Origin: a bacterium
GTDB taxonomy: Bacteria; Arandabacterota; Arandabacteria; Arandabacterales; Arandabacteraceae
Assembly (NCBI GenBank): GCA_025774115.1
Contig: JALGWN010000011.1
Coordinates: forward strand, 1-43,902
Direction of reading: 5' to 3'
Length of the DNA: 43,902 nt
A program made the position numbers and the translations under genes. Each line of letters begins with the position of its first letter. Position 1 is the first letter of the stretch. The notes beneath the pieces were generated by a model. The model was not told where the DNA came from and did not search any database. It worked only from the letters and a program-made list of their open reading frames with translations. Of the stretch, positions 1-8,967 are shown in pieces.

Positions 1-726
1 TACGATGCCGGAGAAAATCACAGCGGGATCGCCCGATACCAGCAACACATGAAGCAGCCCGTCATCGAGTCTGGCCTTCGGCACTATCTTGAGACCGTAG
101 CCATAGAAAGGAGTCTTGGTGAAAATCAGTGAAACCGCTTCCCGGACTCGGACGGTTTTGCCGTCGAGATCCACGGAAGCATCTTTCCCTTTGTAACCTC
201 CGAATACCAGCGTGGCCGTGGCCCTGAAGTAGGCGTCGAAGCCCCTCACTCCTTGGGCCAGGAGCTTCCTGCGTTCGCTCAGAGCACGGCCTTCGAATCC
301 CACGCTGGCCAGGAGGCCTTTCCTCTTTTCATCCACCAGCATGAGGTCCATTGTATGGACCCGCCCGCGCTTTATCTTCTCGGCGATCTTGGTCCGGGAC
401 CTCGGGAGTCTGAGCGTATTGCGCCAGGCGTTACCGGATCCCATGGGCAGGTACGACAAAACCGTGTCGCTGTCTCCGGCGTTTATGATGTCCGAAAGCG
501 TGCCGTCTCCGCCGGCCACCACAAGCACATCGACACGATCCGCTATGTCGAGCGCGCAGTCCCGGAGTTGCTGAGGAGATGCGGTGTCCCAGCCCGCCAC
601 AACGGTATCGTCCCCGAGTATACCCGCGCATCGCCTGACCACGCGCCGCTTGGTATCGATGCCTGCCCGGCCCGCGGAAGGGTTCACGATGATCCCATAG
701 CGTGTTCTGCTTTTCGATTCGGCCAT
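1..726 (-). CDS. Diacylglycerol/lipid kinase family protein (YegS/DAGK-like), runs off the window edge
   Basis: Not in the ORF track. Hand translation from ATG 726: MAESKSRTRYGIIVNPSAG...VLVVAGGDGT...LPMGSGNAW...YGYG...ARLDDGLL, giving the NPxAG, GGDGT and PxGSGN motifs. Confidence 0.85.
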   Translation of the reverse strand, partial: MAESKSRTRYGIIVNPSAGRAGIDTKRRVVRRCAGILGDDTVVAGWDTASPQQLRDCALDIADRVDVLVVAGGDGTLSDIINAGDSDTVLSYLPMGSGNAWRNTLRLPRSRTKIAEKIKRGRVHTMDLMLVDEKRKGLLASVGFEGRALSERRKLLAQGVRGFDAYFRATATLVFGGYKGKDASVDLDGKTVRVREAVSLIFTKTPFYGYGLKIVPKARLDDGLLHVLLVSGDPAVIFSGIV

Positions 727-740
727 GCTATCAGGGCTCC

Positions 741-1517
741 TCACATCCGGCGAATAATCGCGATCGGCCGGTCGATACGTTCGGCTTGCTCAATGGGTTT
801 AGTGAAATCCCAGTTATTCCACCAGCCGATGAACTCGAAGGCCTGCGACTTCTCGACCAGAAGGAGAAACTCCTGGGGCAGTATCACCCTAACGATGTCG
901 GTGCTCTCGAGCGCCAACTTCTTACCGCCGTCATCCACTTGCGCCGTCAAGATGTGGCGCGCCAGCTGTTCCGCGCGATCAGCGACCTCAAGGTTGAACT
1001 GGACGCTTATCTTCACGCCCTCTTTCTCTATGGTCCAAGTCTGGTCGGTTCGGGGTGCTGTGCACCATTCGAAGTTTATGCACCAGTCCAGGAAGTAGAG
1101 GCCTCCGGGCTTGAGAGCGCGGGCCACGCTGTCGAGATGACGCAGCATGTCCGGTGTTGACTGCACATAGAGCGAGCCGCACATTATGAAGACGAAATCC
1201 ACTTCGTAGGGGAGCGAGAAATCGCGCATGTCTCCGAGCTCCAGCCGGGGCCGGAGGCCCAGAGTCTCGGCCCTGTCGGTGACATAGGCTATCATGTTGG
1301 GGTTTATGTCGAGACCTGCATACTCATAGCCGCGACGCGCGAGTTCCTTCATATGGGGGGCAACCCCACAGGAGAGTTCGAGAACCCGGCGGACCGGAAT
1401 TCGCGAGAACCGACGGAAAGCGTCTTCGAAGAGATCGACCTCCGCGGCTATGTCCCTGAATGAGAAGCCCAGGTCGTAGTATCGTGGATGGTCGTAGAGA
1501 CCGGTGGATTCAGGCAA
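741..1517 (-). CDS. Class I SAM-dependent methyltransferase
   Basis: Motif I VLELSCG, GLDINPNM, GDMRDF, LKPGGLY. Confidence 0.85.
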   Translation of the reverse strand: MPESTGLYDHPRYYDLGFSFRDIAAEVDLFEDAFRRFSRIPVRRVLELSCGVAPHMKELARRGYEYAGLDINPNMIAYVTDRAETLGLRPRLELGDMRDFSLPYEVDFVFIMCGSLYVQSTPDMLRHLDSVARALKPGGLYFLDWCINFEWCTAPRTDQTWTIEKEGVKISVQFNLEVADRAEQLARHILTAQVDDGGKKLALESTDIVRVILPQEFLLLVEKSQAFEFIGWWNNWDFTKPIEQAERIDRPIAIIRRM

Positions 1518-1555
1518 TCGATTGCCTCCCGGTAAGGCGCTGTGTCGGGCCCAGG

Positions 1556-2410
1556 CTATCTGTACATTGACTTTACCCTGCCCCAGGTGGTGGGCTCGGT
1601 GCTGGGCCCGTTGCAGTCAAGGGCGATCTTGAAGACGAGCTCCACAAAGCCGTACGTGGAGCCCTCCGCGGTGGTGTCCAGTCCATCCGGAAAGCCCTGG
1701 GGGGGGCAGTATTCGAAGTCCACCCCGTAGTAGCCCGTATGAATATTGTCATAGTGGCTTGAATAAGGTCTCGGGTAAACGGCCGGCAGACAGCCCAGAT
1801 CGTGCATCACGCACGCATCCCGGAGCGGCCAGCTTATGTTATCGAAACCCCACGCAGGGTAGATGCTGTCCGAGCCGATGTGTCTTGCTATCAGCAGAAA
1901 GCGCGGGCTCGACTGGCCGGGCTCGGTGGAGCAGTCGGTGAGGATAACCGCTGGGCTTACGACAATATTGTTCCAACTGAAGTGGGTTTCGTAGGGTTGG
2001 CTGTTCCAGAGGGCATCGCCGACCGGGCATCCAAACTCATCGGAGCAGTAGATCTCGAACTCAACCGTGAACAGCCCCGGATACGTAGTACCGTAACCGG
2101 CGAAGTCGATGAAACTGAAGCCTGTCAAATCATGGCAATCGCCCGGATCGCATGCGGTAATCGCCCCCATCGGTGAATCCCCCACGGTGAAGTACTGGCC
2201 TATGATATCGCCGACCGACCAGCCGGAGAAGCCCCAGAACCAAGAGAAAGTGGTGCAGGGAATGTAGTAATAGTACTGGAGGTTGCATCCGGCAAGCGGT
2301 TCCAGACCGAAATCCTCTTTCATTTTGAAGGGGGTTTTCTCAATAGCTCCCGCAACGGCGGCATGGCCCAGTAACGCTAGCGTCAATACAACGATTGCGA
2401 TCCTTTTCAT
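1556..2410 (-). CDS. Secreted Cys-rich hypothetical protein with C-terminal TWGxxKxxY motif
   Basis: Signal peptide MKRIAIVVLTLALLGHAAVAGA, RBS GAGGAGG, ends STEPTTWGRVKSMYR. Confidence 0.75.
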   Translation of the reverse strand: MKRIAIVVLTLALLGHAAVAGAIEKTPFKMKEDFGLEPLAGCNLQYYYYIPCTTFSWFWGFSGWSVGDIIGQYFTVGDSPMGAITACDPGDCHDLTGFSFIDFAGYGTTYPGLFTVEFEIYCSDEFGCPVGDALWNSQPYETHFSWNNIVVSPAVILTDCSTEPGQSSPRFLLIARHIGSDSIYPAWGFDNISWPLRDACVMHDLGCLPAVYPRPYSSHYDNIHTGYYGVDFEYCPPQGFPDGLDTTAEGSTYGFVELVFKIALDCNGPSTEPTTWGRVKSMYR

Positions 2411-2509
2411 GTCATTCCTCCTCTGAAAGCGCCCGGATCATAACACAGATCCGTAACACTTGCGAACAAAAACCCAGGTTCCCGTCCGGGCAAGGCATCA
2501 CCCCCGGGC

Positions 2510-3139
2510 CTACGACGTCTCCGGCAGTCGTTGCTCGACAAACTCCTCCTCCGTCACTTCCAGGTCGAAGAAAACGTTCGGGGCTTGCTGTTTCATAAGC
2601 CTGAGTATTTTGACAGCCAGACGCCGGACCTCCCACTGGGCCTGTTTGGAACCACGGGTCAGCATGACGTGTCTCAGTTCGCGGAAGTTGGCGCTCATTA
2701 CGATTTCACTGGATGCGGCATTTGGCATAACGAATCGGGCGTCCTCCTTAGGTATGCCGAGATCGATGAGCCGGATGTACGCGTCCCTTGAAGCGGATAC
2801 GAAGCCGTCAAACACACGCATGGCTTCTTGATTCGCCCGGATGGAGGGAGGCACAACAAAGTCGGCCTCGCGTTCTTTGACATAGCGCTGAGATTTTTGG
2901 GAGAAAGAACACAGGCGATGTCTTACCAGCTGGTGTGTGGCCGCCCGGGAGATGCCGGAGACACGGAAGGTGGCATATGCGTGCTCGAGGACGGATAGAT
3001 GTCCCCTGGATATCAACATACGAAGGAACCTGGAGGCGCTTCCACCGGAGATGCGATCCTGGGACATGTAACAGGTTCTGCCCGCTCTCTCTATCAGCTT
3101 CTCAGCATCGGGGGTGACGGCCAGGAGCTCAACTTCCAT
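2510..3139 (-). CDS. thyX: FAD-dependent thymidylate synthase
   Basis: GHLSVLEH, ISRAATHQLVRHR...SQKSQRY, EDARFVMP, AQWEVR. Confidence 0.95.
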   Translation of the reverse strand: MEVELLAVTPDAEKLIERAGRTCYMSQDRISGGSASRFLRMLISRGHLSVLEHAYATFRVSGISRAATHQLVRHRLCSFSQKSQRYVKEREADFVVPPSIRANQEAMRVFDGFVSASRDAYIRLIDLGIPKEDARFVMPNAASSEIVMSANFRELRHVMLTRGSKQAQWEVRRLAVKILRLMKQQAPNVFFDLEVTEEEFVEQRLPETS

Positions 3140-3998
3140 CGGTTCCGCCCCTGTTAAGGCTGTCGAGCATTAGTCTGGCAAAGGGTGCGAAATCGCCGTC
3201 ATCGAATGCCTCGAGATAGGCTTCATAGATCCCAGTGGCGACTTTGTAGTAGCTTGCCCTCTGGTAGCAGACCCCTGCAAGGACCCGCGCATGCTCGCTT
3301 CGCTCGCCCTCTGCGAACCTCTCAGCAAAAATGCGGAATCTCCGGCCGGCTTCTCTGTACTTGCCGCAAAGCATATAGGCTTCAGCCATTGAGTACTCGG
3401 CCTCTTCTATAGTCTCCGGCTCCGCATCCTGGTCAACGCGGGTTGCCCTATCGAATCTTATCAGGGCTGCCTCGTACATACCCATCTCGAGCAGTAGCCT
3501 GCCGAATTCCATGAGGAAGGCGGGATCTTCGGAAAAGGACTCCTCCTGGCGGAATGTCCTCGAGAGTCTCTCCTTGGATTGCCGCACCGCGGTAAGCCGA
3601 CCGAGAAACTCATCGGGGCTGTGATAGCCTATCATCCGTCCGAGCTCGCCGCCATAGGCATCCGTGAGTACGATTGTGGGATAAACCACTATACCGAATT
3701 CCCTCTGAAAAGTGGTGTCGTCCGGCGCCTCAACCGCCACGCACTTGACCGCACTGAGAGACTCAACGACTGCCGGGTTCACATACAGGCTTTCTCTCAT
3801 CAGCGCCGACCACGGGCACCATGAGGCCTCGAAGCTTATGAGTATCATGTCCCCGGTCTCCTCGGCTGCCGTCCGTGCCTCCTCAAAGGAACCATACCAG
3901 GACAAAGCGGCAGCACCTTCGAGCGGAGCTTCCTGCTTGGAGCCGCAAGCTCCCGAGAGAACCGCCAAGAAAACTGTGAGTAGCAATCTAAACTTCAT
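3129..3998 (-). CDS. Lipoprotein with thioredoxin-like domain and TPR repeats
   Basis: Lipobox LSGAC, thioredoxin-like WCPWS and YPTIV, helical TPR-like C-terminal half. Overlaps the thyX start. Confidence 0.75.
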   Translation of the reverse strand: MKFRLLLTVFLAVLSGACGSKQEAPLEGAAALSWYGSFEEARTAAEETGDMILISFEASWCPWSALMRESLYVNPAVVESLSAVKCVAVEAPDDTTFQREFGIVVYPTIVLTDAYGGELGRMIGYHSPDEFLGRLTAVRQSKERLSRTFRQEESFSEDPAFLMEFGRLLLEMGMYEAALIRFDRATRVDQDAEPETIEEAEYSMAEAYMLCGKYREAGRRFRIFAERFAEGERSEHARVLAGVCYQRASYYKVATGIYEAYLEAFDDGDFAPFARLMLDSLNRGGTDGS

Positions 3999-4124
3999 GT
4001 CCCACCACTTTCAAGCCGTTATACTAGATGATAGGAAAAATCGATCCTAAGTCAATGGTAAAGGAAAACTCTTGCAGGGGAAAGACTGCGCTGGTAATAT
4101 TACCGCACCGCAAGGAGGAAAGAA

Positions 4125-4505
4125 ATGGCCAAGAAGGAGAGAAGGAAACACAAGCGGGCGTCGCTGGAGCTTCCCCTGGATGTCGCGGATCCGGCGGCCA
4201 AGGGACAGACCATAAAAGCCAAGACCGTGAATCTTAGCGCGGGCGGCTTCTATTGCGAAGTGCCGTTTCATGTTCCGGTCCTCACGAAGCTCAGGGTTTC
4301 CATGGCTATACCGATAAGAGACGCCCGAGGCCGTGAAGAGGATCATGCCGTCACGTGCGAAGGCACCGTGGTGCGTACTGTACCGGAGAAGCCCAGCCAG
4401 GATGTGAAGACCTATGAGATCGGCTGCTTCTTCACCGACATAGATGACTACGATCGTCTCGTAATAGAGCAGTACCTGGCGGAACGGGTTCTGTCCGAGT
4501 CCTAA
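4125..4505 (+). CDS. Stand-alone PilZ domain protein (c-di-GMP receptor)
   Basis: RxxxR (ERRKHKR) and NxSxxG (NLSAGG) motifs; RBS AGGAGG. Confidence 0.85.
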   Translation: MAKKERRKHKRASLELPLDVADPAAKGQTIKAKTVNLSAGGFYCEVPFHVPVLTKLRVSMAIPIRDARGREEDHAVTCEGTVVRTVPEKPSQDVKTYEIGCFFTDIDDYDRLVIEQYLAERVLSES

Positions 4506-4529
4506 ACCCCTCAGGGGTCTTCACACCGA

Positions 4530-4557
4530 TCAAGACCTCCCCGAAGTGTGCCGATCA
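4530..4557 (+). promoter_or_regulatory. Putative sigma28 (FliA) promoter for cheA-mcp-pilB
   Basis: TCAA-N16-GCCGATCA in the intergenic gap. Confidence 0.55.
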
Positions 4558-4625
4558 TTCCAATGAGCCGGCATGCTACCGGAACGGTTTTCCATACCCG
4601 GCAAACCAGCGGATGGGGAGGCTCG

Positions 4626-7151
4626 ATGACAGAAGATCCTATGGCCCGAATGAAGCAAGACTTCATCGCGGACGCCTCCGATACCGTAGAGAAAGTTTCG
4701 CACAGTCTCTCGGCGCTTGATCCCGAACAGTCACCGTCCAGGTCGCAGGTTGATTGGCTGTTCCGGACGGTTCACTCTCTCAAAGGTACCTCAGGCATGT
4801 TCGCGCTCCATGAGGTCTCCACCCTTGCGGGTTCGGTGGAGGACTTACTTGAGGTGGCCAGATCCGGAACCGGTGAGATCGACGGCGCAATACTGGAGAT
4901 TTTGGTGGAGGCATTCGACGAGCTGGCGATCCTGCTTCAGCGGGGGAGAGGAGAGGATGTTCAATCGCGTTGGGAGGGGGTGAGAGCCGATCTTGTGCGA
5001 ATGACTCAAGCGCTGTCCGGCCGGCTTGCAGCCGGGGAGCCTGGTGAGCGTGACGGCTCTCTATCGGGGCTTCCGGCCGATCTTAAGATAATGCTCAGCT
5101 CTGGTGAGCTCGCCACAATCGAAAAGCGGGTAGAACAGGGCAACCGCATCGTGAAGATGACCTTTGACTTCGGCACCGATGCGCCGTTGGATCATGAAGA
5201 GGTGGTTCTCCGGCGACTTCAACGAGCAGGGGAGATAATCACAATACTTCCGCCGGAAAACGGCGGTACAGACGGCGGCAGGACAGTCTTGACGCTGGTT
5301 TATTCCCAGGGTCACAGTGGTGCCGATACCGACGACGATTTCAAGGACACTGTGTCGGCTTATGGTGCGACAGTCACGGATATCACGCCGAGGAAGCAAG
5401 CCGCTCTCACACAAGACTCGGAGCCTCCCCTCACGCCGTCGTTCGAACGTGAGGCCTCCTCCGGCGGATCCCCGGTACAGCGGGCGTCGCTGGCCGTCAA
5501 GGTCGAAATCGGTGTGCTTGACACCATGCTGAACACGGTGTCGGAGCTCTATTCGGTAAGGTTGGGCCTGCTTGGGGTTGCCAAGAGGCTTCCACATACC
5601 GATGCAACCAGGAGGCTTCGTGACGACCTGCTCAAGTTGGGTTTGATTCTAAACAACAGAGTCGGTGCCCTTGAGGAATCCATAGTAGAGGTACGATTGG
5701 TGCCGGTCTCCATCCTCTTCGAGCGCTATAGAGGTGAAGTCAGGCGACTTGCACGGCACTCGGGCAAGAAGGTCGAGCTGGAGTTCGAGGGTGAGGCCAC
5801 TCGAATCGATAGGGCAATGCTTGACAATCTGCACAATCCGCTTCTGCACATCATAAGGAACGCTGTTGACCATGGAATCGAGCCCACGGCTGAAAGGCAG
5901 TCACGAGGTAAACCGGAAAAGGGCAGGATCGTGCTTCGTGCCAGGCAAGAGGCCAGTCACATTTGTATAGAGGTGGAGGATGACGGTCGCGGTGTCGATG
6001 CGGCAAAGGTGAGACAGAAGTCTTTAGAGAAGGGAATACCACAAGCGGCAATCGCACCACCGCTAAGTCTTATCTTCGAACCCGGCATGAGTACACGCGG
6101 CGGCGTTACCGACCTATCAGGGAGAGGTGTGGGGCTTGATGCCGCCAAGACCAAGATAGACGCGATGAATGGCATGATAACGGTGGACAGCGTTATGGGT
6201 CGGGGTGCCCGTTTCTCCGTCTATGTGCCTTTGACCCTGGCGATATCCAGAGGGGTGCTGGTTGAGGAGAGCGACGTGCCGGCTATAGTGCCTCTGAGGA
6301 GTGTGGTTGAGATTCTTGCCCTCAGGCCGGACCTGCTGAGGGAGATCAGACAGAGTGGGACACTGTTGCACAGAGGTTCGCGGGTGAAGGCGCTAGCCCT
6401 TTCGGAGATGCTAAATGTGTACGATCGCAGAGAAGCGAGATCCGCCGTGGTGCTTGGTATTGGTGAGACACGGCGGGTTCTGGTGGCCCAGAAAGTGGCC
6501 GGGGAGACCGATATTGTGAGCCGCCCGCTTCCTCGGGCTATGGTCGCGCCGGGTTTCATTGCGGGGGCGGCCGAACTCCATGATGGACGCCCCGCTATCA
6601 TAATCCAGCCGGAGGATCTACTGCGTGAACGGACGGTTGCAGAGGCCGGCGGCGCAGACGTTGGCTATCGCTTGCCCGATCCATCATCGGGTAAGGCTTG
6701 GATGGAAGGAAAGTCCGTGCGGTTACTCATCTTCAGCAATGAGAACACTACTTACGGCATAGGGTTGGAGCTTCTCAAGGAGGTTATTACACTGAGATCG
6801 CTGACCGCGATTCCCGTCTTAGGGGATACGTGGCAGGGGATCTTCTTCCACCGCGGGATGTGTCATGGGCTTCTGAGGCTGTCCGGCAGCCGGTCCTCGG
6901 AGTGTGATGTCCGGAGTGCCGCCATCCTTGGCTCACCCGAGCGTTGCGGCGTCGGGATGAATCACATATACGGTAACTTCACGGTCCCTGTTTCAGATAT
7001 TGTCTCAATCCCTGAGAATGATGGTCCCGGCTTGCTCCGCCCATGCGGCATGCTCAGATGGCAGGATCAGGATGTGACCATCCTTGCTGTCGGAACGAGG
7101 TCGGTCGGAGAGCAACATGATCTCCTGAGCGCGACCGGCCGGAAGCGCTAA
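4626..7151 (+). CDS. cheA: Chemosensory histidine kinase CheA with extra C-terminal CheW-like domain
   Basis: Hpt FRTVHSLKG, HIIRNAVDHGIE, DDGRG, SGRGVGLD, P5 domain, then a second CheW-like region. ATG 4626 chosen for the GGGGAGG RBS (track starts at 4548). Confidence 0.9.
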   Translation: MTEDPMARMKQDFIADASDTVEKVSHSLSALDPEQSPSRSQVDWLFRTVHSLKGTSGMFALHEVSTLAGSVEDLLEVARSGTGEIDGAILEILVEAFDELAILLQRGRGEDVQSRWEGVRADLVRMTQALSGRLAAGEPGERDGSLSGLPADLKIMLSSGELATIEKRVEQGNRIVKMTFDFGTDAPLDHEEVVLRRLQRAGEIITILPPENGGTDGGRTVLTLVYSQGHSGADTDDDFKDTVSAYGATVTDITPRKQAALTQDSEPPLTPSFEREASSGGSPVQRASLAVKVEIGVLDTMLNTVSELYSVRLGLLGVAKRLPHTDATRRLRDDLLKLGLILNNRVGALEESIVEVRLVPVSILFERYRGEVRRLARHSGKKVELEFEGEATRIDRAMLDNLHNPLLHIIRNAVDHGIEPTAERQSRGKPEKGRIVLRARQEASHICIEVEDDGRGVDAAKVRQKSLEKGIPQAAIAPPLSLIFEPGMSTRGGVTDLSGRGVGLDAAKTKIDAMNGMITVDSVMGRGARFSVYVPLTLAISRGVLVEESDVPAIVPLRSVVEILALRPDLLREIRQSGTLLHRGSRVKALALSEMLNVYDRREARSAVVLGIGETRRVLVAQKVAGETDIVSRPLPRAMVAPGFIAGAAELHDGRPAIIIQPEDLLRERTVAEAGGADVGYRLPDPSSGKAWMEGKSVRLLIFSNENTTYGIGLELLKEVITLRSLTAIPVLGDTWQGIFFHRGMCHGLLRLSGSRSSECDVRSAAILGSPERCGVGMNHIYGNFTVPVSDIVSIPENDGPGLLRPCGMLRWQDQDVTILAVGTRSVGEQHDLLSATGRKR

Positions 7152-7188
7152 TGCAGGCCGGACGGTCTGACGATAGATAGAAAGAACC

Positions 7189-8967
7189 TTGTTGTTTTGT
7201 CAAGAGGAGAAGCGATTGCCCGAACGGAGAAGTGGTACCTGTTTTCGGCTTCTTACATCAATGATCTGTGGAAGCCTGTTATGCTCGCTGCTGGGTGTTT
7301 TCGGATTCCTCTTGCCCTTCTCCCTGATAGGGGCAACGGTGCTAGCCGGTCTCACCCTGGGTTTGGTCATCAAGGATCACAGATCGCGCGGCCTCCTTGC
7401 GGGGGACCGAGTTGATAATGGGAACGTGGATGTGATCAAGGCGACTTATGAGATCGCTGTCAAGATCTCTTACGCCGGGAGGGTCTCACGGGACAAAGGT
7501 CTAGCCCTCCTCGACAGAACGGCGAGCTTCCTCACAAGCTGTGAGCATCTGAAGACTTGGATCAAAAAGATCGAACAGGTATCGGCCAACCCCGGCTCGG
7601 GTTTCTCTCGCGCCGATTCATCGCCCCATGAGGCGATAACCGATTGGATGCCCGGCAACACGGCCGGTTCTCTCGGCCCGATGCTGGAAGAGGTTATCTC
7701 GACCGTCAGGGAGATGGCCGGCGTGCTCAGAGATGTCGATCACAACGCCAAGGAGCTAATAACCTCGACAGAGGAGACCGCCTACTCCATGACACGGTTG
7801 GACTCGTTCCTTCAGGACATGGCGAACAGCGGGAGGGACCTGGAAGCATCGACCGATGCGGCCAACCGCGTTGCTCTTGAAGGAGCCAAAGTGGTTGAAG
7901 AGGTGGGCAGGGAGAATGAGGCCATCATCACGACCGTGAATGAGGCCGCTTCAGCCGTCGAGGATCTTGGAAGATGGTCTCAGGAGGTCGGCAAGATCGT
8001 CGAGGTGATACGTGACATAGCAAACGAAACCAATCTCCTGGCACTTAACGCTTCCATTATAGCCGCCCAGTCGGGCGAGCACGGTAAAGCCTTCGGTGTA
8101 GTGGCTGAAGAGATACGCGGTCTGGCCGAAAGAACCAGCTCCTCCACCAAAGAGATCAGTGACTTGGTTAAGGCCGTACAGAAGAACGTCGCCAATGTTA
8201 TGACCGGTATGAAGAAGAGTCTCCAGAGGATCGAGCGCGGTGAATTGCTCACAAGGAACGCCGGGATGGTATTGGAGAAGGTCTTCGAGTCCTTCGAATC
8301 ATCCAGGAGTCTGGCAAAGCAGATTGCCAGTTCGACTTTCGAGCACAAGATAGACAGTAGCCAGGTGGTGAGGTCCTTGCACAAGGTCACGGACATAGCC
8401 CACCGCCTGCAGTCTCATAACTATGCCGGATGGACAGGGGCCGGCGAGACACTCGGTGTCGCGCGGGCACTGATTACCTTGTGTGACCGGGGCAACGGGC
8501 TGAAGAAAGGGTTTGTGTCGGCGGGACTGGACGGAGAGAGTCACACCGGCGCCGATCTCGCTTTGCCGGCGAAGGCAAGCGAGGCTGGATTGCATGGACT
8601 TCTGATAGCATGTGATCGCGAAATCGGTTGCTGCGTGGACTCATTAGAAGAGACCAGAGCCACGCTGGATTCCTGGCTAAGAACTCTGGACCGGATCTCC
8701 CGGACAGCCAAGGCAAGTCTTGAAAAGGTGACCGCCGAACCCGGGGCGCCGGACCTCAACGCTTGCTGGGAAATCGCCCAGTGCGATCCTGAGCTGAGGG
8801 AGCGGTGCCCGGCCTACAAGAAGGACGATCGCAGTCTTTTCTTCTCGCAGGAGGCGGCCTGCATACTGAAGCAAGTCAAGGGCGAGGTAGAGACTGCCGC
8901 AGATGATGCCCCACCTCCGTCTGATTCCGGGCATACCAGTCAAATCGCGCATAAGGTGGGGTCATGA
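7189..8967 (+). CDS. Methyl-accepting chemotaxis protein with Cys-rich C-terminal tail
   Basis: Signalling tip IANETNLLALNASIIAAQSGEHGKAFGVVAEEIRGLAERT, two adjacent N-terminal hydrophobic helices, tail CWEIAQC...CPAY. Start codon uncertain. Confidence 0.85.
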   Translation: MLFCQEEKRLPERRSGTCFRLLTSMICGSLLCSLLGVFGFLLPFSLIGATVLAGLTLGLVIKDHRSRGLLAGDRVDNGNVDVIKATYEIAVKISYAGRVSRDKGLALLDRTASFLTSCEHLKTWIKKIEQVSANPGSGFSRADSSPHEAITDWMPGNTAGSLGPMLEEVISTVREMAGVLRDVDHNAKELITSTEETAYSMTRLDSFLQDMANSGRDLEASTDAANRVALEGAKVVEEVGRENEAIITTVNEAASAVEDLGRWSQEVGKIVEVIRDIANETNLLALNASIIAAQSGEHGKAFGVVAEEIRGLAERTSSSTKEISDLVKAVQKNVANVMTGMKKSLQRIERGELLTRNAGMVLEKVFESFESSRSLAKQIASSTFEHKIDSSQVVRSLHKVTDIAHRLQSHNYAGWTGAGETLGVARALITLCDRGNGLKKGFVSAGLDGESHTGADLALPAKASEAGLHGLLIACDREIGCCVDSLEETRATLDSWLRTLDRISRTAKASLEKVTAEPGAPDLNACWEIAQCDPELRERCPAYKKDDRSLFFSQEAACILKQVKGEVETAADDAPPPSDSGHTSQIAHKVGS

